40,240 bases of DNA from Promethearchaeota archaeon (GTDB lineage Archaea > Asgardarchaeota > Lokiarchaeia > Sigyniarchaeales > SOKP01), in contig JAEOSU010000063.1 of the NCBI GenBank assembly GCA_016840165.1, positions 1 through 40,240 on the forward strand, in the 5' to 3' direction. Below, one piece after another: positions 36,964 to 40,240 of the stretch (position 1 is the stretch's first letter; every line of letters begins with the position of its first letter). The notes beneath the pieces are model-generated. The model saw nothing but the letters and a program-made list of their open reading frames with translations, was not told the DNA's origin and did no database searches. The position numbers and the translations under genes were made by a program.

Positions 36964-37277
36964 TTAATGAAATTATGAGGATAATAGTATTTAAAAAGAA
37001 AGAGCCGTGAAGTTTAGTATATTTAGAAATTTACTTTAAGTAAAGTAGAAAAAAAGATTTTCCATTTATCTGTGGATTCCATGTTATACGTGCTGCTTTA
37101 AGAGAAAATTTTAGAAAGACTGGAAAAGAAATGCACTTAAAAACCCTTCATCAATAATAATAACTAACTTTAGTAAAATCTATGACTTAAAAATTATTAA
37201 TGAATTTTATTTATTTAATCCAAATTTTTATCTTATATTAGAAATTACTGTAAAAAATTAAACTTGGGAAAATATTC

Positions 37278-37718
37278 ATGAGCTTTAGAATTGAGAGTAA
37301 AGAACAATTTGTCGAATTATGGACTAATATCTATAACACCGAAGGTAAATCTGATTGGTCTCATATCCTCCCATATTATGATGATAAGATATATTTTCGC
37401 GACTCTATTCAAGAAATCCGAGGTATAAAAGAATTTAAAGCTATGACTGTACGATTAGGTGAGCGATCTAAAGATTTAAGAATGAAAATAGTCAATATTG
37501 TTTTTGAAGGGAATATTATATTTTTTGAATGGGAGATGGGGTTAAGTTTTAAGAAAACACCTGACTCGAAGATATTCGGGGCAAGTCGACTGATATTGAA
37601 TGATAATGGAAAAATCATAGATCAAAGGGATTATTATGATCTCTGGGGTGATATTCTCGATAACATTCCAGGTTTAGGTAAAGGGTATCGAAAGTTCATG
37701 AGGAAAGTGTTCGGGTGA
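37278..37718 (+). CDS. NTF2/SnoaL-like protein
   Basis: YYDDKIYFRDSIQEIRG, FEWEM, GASRL...GKIIDQRDYYD. Confidence 0.9.
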   Translation: MSFRIESKEQFVELWTNIYNTEGKSDWSHILPYYDDKIYFRDSIQEIRGIKEFKAMTVRLGERSKDLRMKIVNIVFEGNIIFFEWEMGLSFKKTPDSKIFGASRLILNDNGKIIDQRDYYDLWGDILDNIPGLGKGYRKFMRKVFG

Positions 37719-37724
37719 TTATTC

Positions 37725-38660
37725 TTGAATAGAATCAAATACTTGGGACGGTATAGGGTATCCAATATCATGGCAATGCTCCGCAATAGCAATGCAGAGC
37801 CATTGGAATGCCAAGAAGATTTTAAAGGACATTTAGTTGCGATAACTGGAGCAACATCTGGAATTGGATATGTCACTGCAAGAGAATATGCTTCACACGG
37901 AGCGAACCTGTTAGTCATCAACCGAAACAAGGAAAAAACCTTAAATTTATGCGATGAAATTAAACGGGAATTTGGAGTTGAATGCAAATACAAGCTCGCA
38001 GATTTTGCTCACATTTCCGAGGTGAAGAAAGTTGGTAAAGAACTTGCAAATTCCGATCTGAATATCGATGTGATCATACATAACGCAGGTGTATATTTGC
38101 CTGAGAGAACGCTCTCTGATGATGGTCTTGAGATGGTTTTCCAGGTAGACCATCTTAGCTCCTTTATCTTAAATTTCATTTTGAAGGATAAACTTAAAGC
38201 CCAGCAAAAATGCAGGATTATATTAGTGAACTCTGAGGGCCACCGCTTTGCCATCCTTGGTTTGAAATTAGATGATCTCACCTGGCAGAAGCGAAGTTAT
38301 TCGGGACTCAAAAGCTATGGATCTGCAAAAACTGCCCAACTTCTTACAATGATCAAATTTAATGATTACTTCCGAAATAGTGGCGTGACGATTAACGCAA
38401 TGCATCCTGGCAATGTAAAAACCAATATGGGAGAAGAAAGTACTGGATTATTCCAGAGGGTTTTCATCGAACCCTCTTATAGATCGCCAGAGATATCTGC
38501 AAAAGCCTTATACTATCTCGGGATCTCTAAGGATATTGAAGGTGTTAGTGGTAAATTTTTTAACCTCACTTACGAAGAAGAGCCCGCACCTCCTGCCTTG
38601 GACCGAAAAGTCGCAGAAAAGATATGGGATTTAAGTATAAAATTAGGCAGATTAGCATGA
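37725..38660 (+). CDS. Classical SDR (retinol-dehydrogenase-like)
   Basis: TGATSGIG, HNAG, VNSEGH, YGSAK, MHPGNVKT. Confidence 0.92.
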   Translation: MNRIKYLGRYRVSNIMAMLRNSNAEPLECQEDFKGHLVAITGATSGIGYVTAREYASHGANLLVINRNKEKTLNLCDEIKREFGVECKYKLADFAHISEVKKVGKELANSDLNIDVIIHNAGVYLPERTLSDDGLEMVFQVDHLSSFILNFILKDKLKAQQKCRIILVNSEGHRFAILGLKLDDLTWQKRSYSGLKSYGSAKTAQLLTMIKFNDYFRNSGVTINAMHPGNVKTNMGEESTGLFQRVFIEPSYRSPEISAKALYYLGISKDIEGVSGKFFNLTYEEEPAPPALDRKVAEKIWDLSIKLGRLA

Positions 38661-40240
38661 CGACTATAAGCCATGAAATAATTATTGTAGGAGCGGGGAT
38701 GGCAGGATTAACCGCTGCTGCCTACTTATCTAGGGCGGGACACGATGTTCTTTTAATTGAAAAGAACGAAACTTGTGGTGGCTTGCTAACTTCAATCCAT
38801 AAAGATGGTTTTGTTTTTGACACTGGTCCTAGGTCCATTGAAAATTCAGGAGCCGTGCAACCCTTGTTAAATGGCCTTGGAATTTCACTTGAACTACTTA
38901 AAAGTCCGGTTTCGATCGGTATTGAGAATGAAGTTTTACACTTCACGTCAAGCGAGAGTATATATGAATATAAGTCCCTATTAGAAAAGCTCTATCCCGA
39001 TAACAAAGAGGAGATTGCTCAAATTTTCTTGCTAATTGAAAAAGTCTTGAAAGATGCGGCCATTTTAAATGAGATTGATAATCCGATTTTCAGAAACATG
39101 AAAAAGGAATTAGGTTATCTTCTTAAGGAACTTCTTCCGTATTTAGGCAAGTTCCTTCTTGCTATTCGCCGAATAAATCGAAGGCAGGATCCGGTTGTAG
39201 ATACTTTAAAAAAAATGACCTCAAACCAATCACTCATCGATATTATATCACAACATTTCTTCAAGAAGACGCCTACTTTTTTTGCCCTAGGATATTTTCA
39301 CACATACCTTGATTATTTTTATCCAAGGGGGGGTACAGGTAAAATTCCAAAAGCTGTCACGCAAAAAATCATTGAATGGGGAGGATCAATTTTATATAAT
39401 ACAGAAGTACATGAGATCATTCCCTCTGAAAGAAAATTAACTGATATCGATGGAAACACATTTTTCTATGAAAATCTTATTTGGTGCGCGGATTTGAAAT
39501 CTTTATATCGATTTGCTGAATTCCGTGATTTAGAGGAAAAAGTTTCTCGTAAAATATCAATTCAAAAAGAGAAATTGCTTTCGAATCGAGGCGGAGATTC
39601 AGTCTTTTCTTTATTCTTAGGGGTAAACGAACCTCTTGAGAAATTTCAATCGATTTCAAACGGACATTTTTTTTACACTCCATCAAAAAAAGGTTTAGGA
39701 GAAGAAACTTGGAGTAGATTAAGAAAAATTATTGATGATTTCGAATCAACTCCCAAAGAAGCCATTATACATTGGTTAGACCAATATTGTCAATTCAATA
39801 CATATGAAATTTCCATTCCAGGGCTTAGAGATCCCACCTTAGCTCCAAAAGGAAAGACTGGATTAATAGTGAGCATTCTCTTTGAATATGATCTAATGAA
39901 AAAGGTCCAAGAGGGAGGATGGTATGAAGAATTCAAAATAGAAGTCGAGAATCGCATAATAGAGGTATTATCAAAATCCATATATCCAAAACTCAAGGAT
40001 AAGATTCTCTTTCGTTTTTCTCTTACACCCGTCAGCATTTCAAACAGAGTAGGAAGCTCTGAAGGAGCAATAACAGGTTGGACGTTTGAAAATCCTATCC
40101 CAGTGGTTCAAACTATTCTTAAAATGACTAAATCTGTGAAAAATCCTATTCCAAATATACTCCAAGCTGGTCAATGGGTATATAGTCCTTCTGGAATACC
40201 CATTGCGATCCTTACAGGATTGGCAGCTGCCAAGAATTTA
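38657..40240 (+). CDS. FAD-dependent oxidoreductase, phytoene desaturase/retinol saturase-like (3'-truncated by window; absent from ORF track)
   Basis: The ATG overlaps the SDR stop (ATGA). Reads MTTISHEIIIVGAGMAGLTAAAYL...IEKNETCGG...FVFDTGP, YFYPRGGTG, DPTLAPKGKT, and ends GQWVYSPSGIPIAILTGLAAAKNL at the window edge. Confidence 0.92.
   Translation, partial: MTTISHEIIIVGAGMAGLTAAAYLSRAGHDVLLIEKNETCGGLLTSIHKDGFVFDTGPRSIENSGAVQPLLNGLGISLELLKSPVSIGIENEVLHFTSSESIYEYKSLLEKLYPDNKEEIAQIFLLIEKVLKDAAILNEIDNPIFRNMKKELGYLLKELLPYLGKFLLAIRRINRRQDPVVDTLKKMTSNQSLIDIISQHFFKKTPTFFALGYFHTYLDYFYPRGGTGKIPKAVTQKIIEWGGSILYNTEVHEIIPSERKLTDIDGNTFFYENLIWCADLKSLYRFAEFRDLEEKVSRKISIQKEKLLSNRGGDSVFSLFLGVNEPLEKFQSISNGHFFYTPSKKGLGEETWSRLRKIIDDFESTPKEAIIHWLDQYCQFNTYEISIPGLRDPTLAPKGKTGLIVSILFEYDLMKKVQEGGWYEEFKIEVENRIIEVLSKSIYPKLKDKILFRFSLTPVSISNRVGSSEGAITGWTFENPIPVVQTILKMTKSVKNPIPNILQAGQWVYSPSGIPIAILTGLAAAKNL

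Noticed and set aside
2308-40038. Short antisense or alternate-frame ORFs in the track (2308, 8183, 9048, 9626, 12860, 16353, 17024, 19344, 22962, 23493, 24736, 25287, 30076, 31597, 33516, 34947, 35399, 37409, 37634, 37947, 38009, 38722, 39477, 39790)
   Set aside because: All lie within or across well-supported genes and have shadow-ORF composition with no motifs.
1-40240. CRISPR arrays, IS elements, rRNA, SRP RNA, long tandem repeats
   Set aside because: By eye I found no regularly spaced repeats, transposase motifs or long GC-rich structural RNA blocks; only A/T homopolymer tracts typical of terminators and Lys-rich coding.

Overview
AT-rich archaeal chromosomal segment, most likely from an Asgard archaeon of the Lokiarchaeia/Promethearchaeota type. 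This is inferred from the archaeal histone, Rps8e, SRP19, proteasome beta, archaeal GluRS, a BHB-intron tRNA and many lineage-style hypothetical proteins. It holds about 36 protein-coding genes (the first and last are truncated by the window edges) and 2 tRNAs: Pro-GGG, and Arg-GCG with a non-canonical variable-loop intron. I saw no CRISPR array, rRNA or transposase. Highlights: (i) a >1330-aa membrane-anchored coiled-coil protein with prenyltransferase-barrel-like repeats and PCI-like winged helices, near an intact JAMM/MPN protease and a proteasome beta subunit with an atypical processing site; (ii) an exported protein interrupted by one in-frame TGA and followed by a structured, near-SECIS RNA element; (iii) a four-gene operon of extended SDR, SCP2-like, atypical ALDH and SCP2-like genes, possibly for lipid handling; (iv) an orphan EutA reactivase fused to a metal-binding N-terminal domain; (v) a Hef/FANCM-type helicase lacking the nuclease domain; (vi) a candidate adaptin-appendage-like protein; (vii) two coding frames missing from the ORF track. 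All domain calls come from motifs read by eye; no searches were run.
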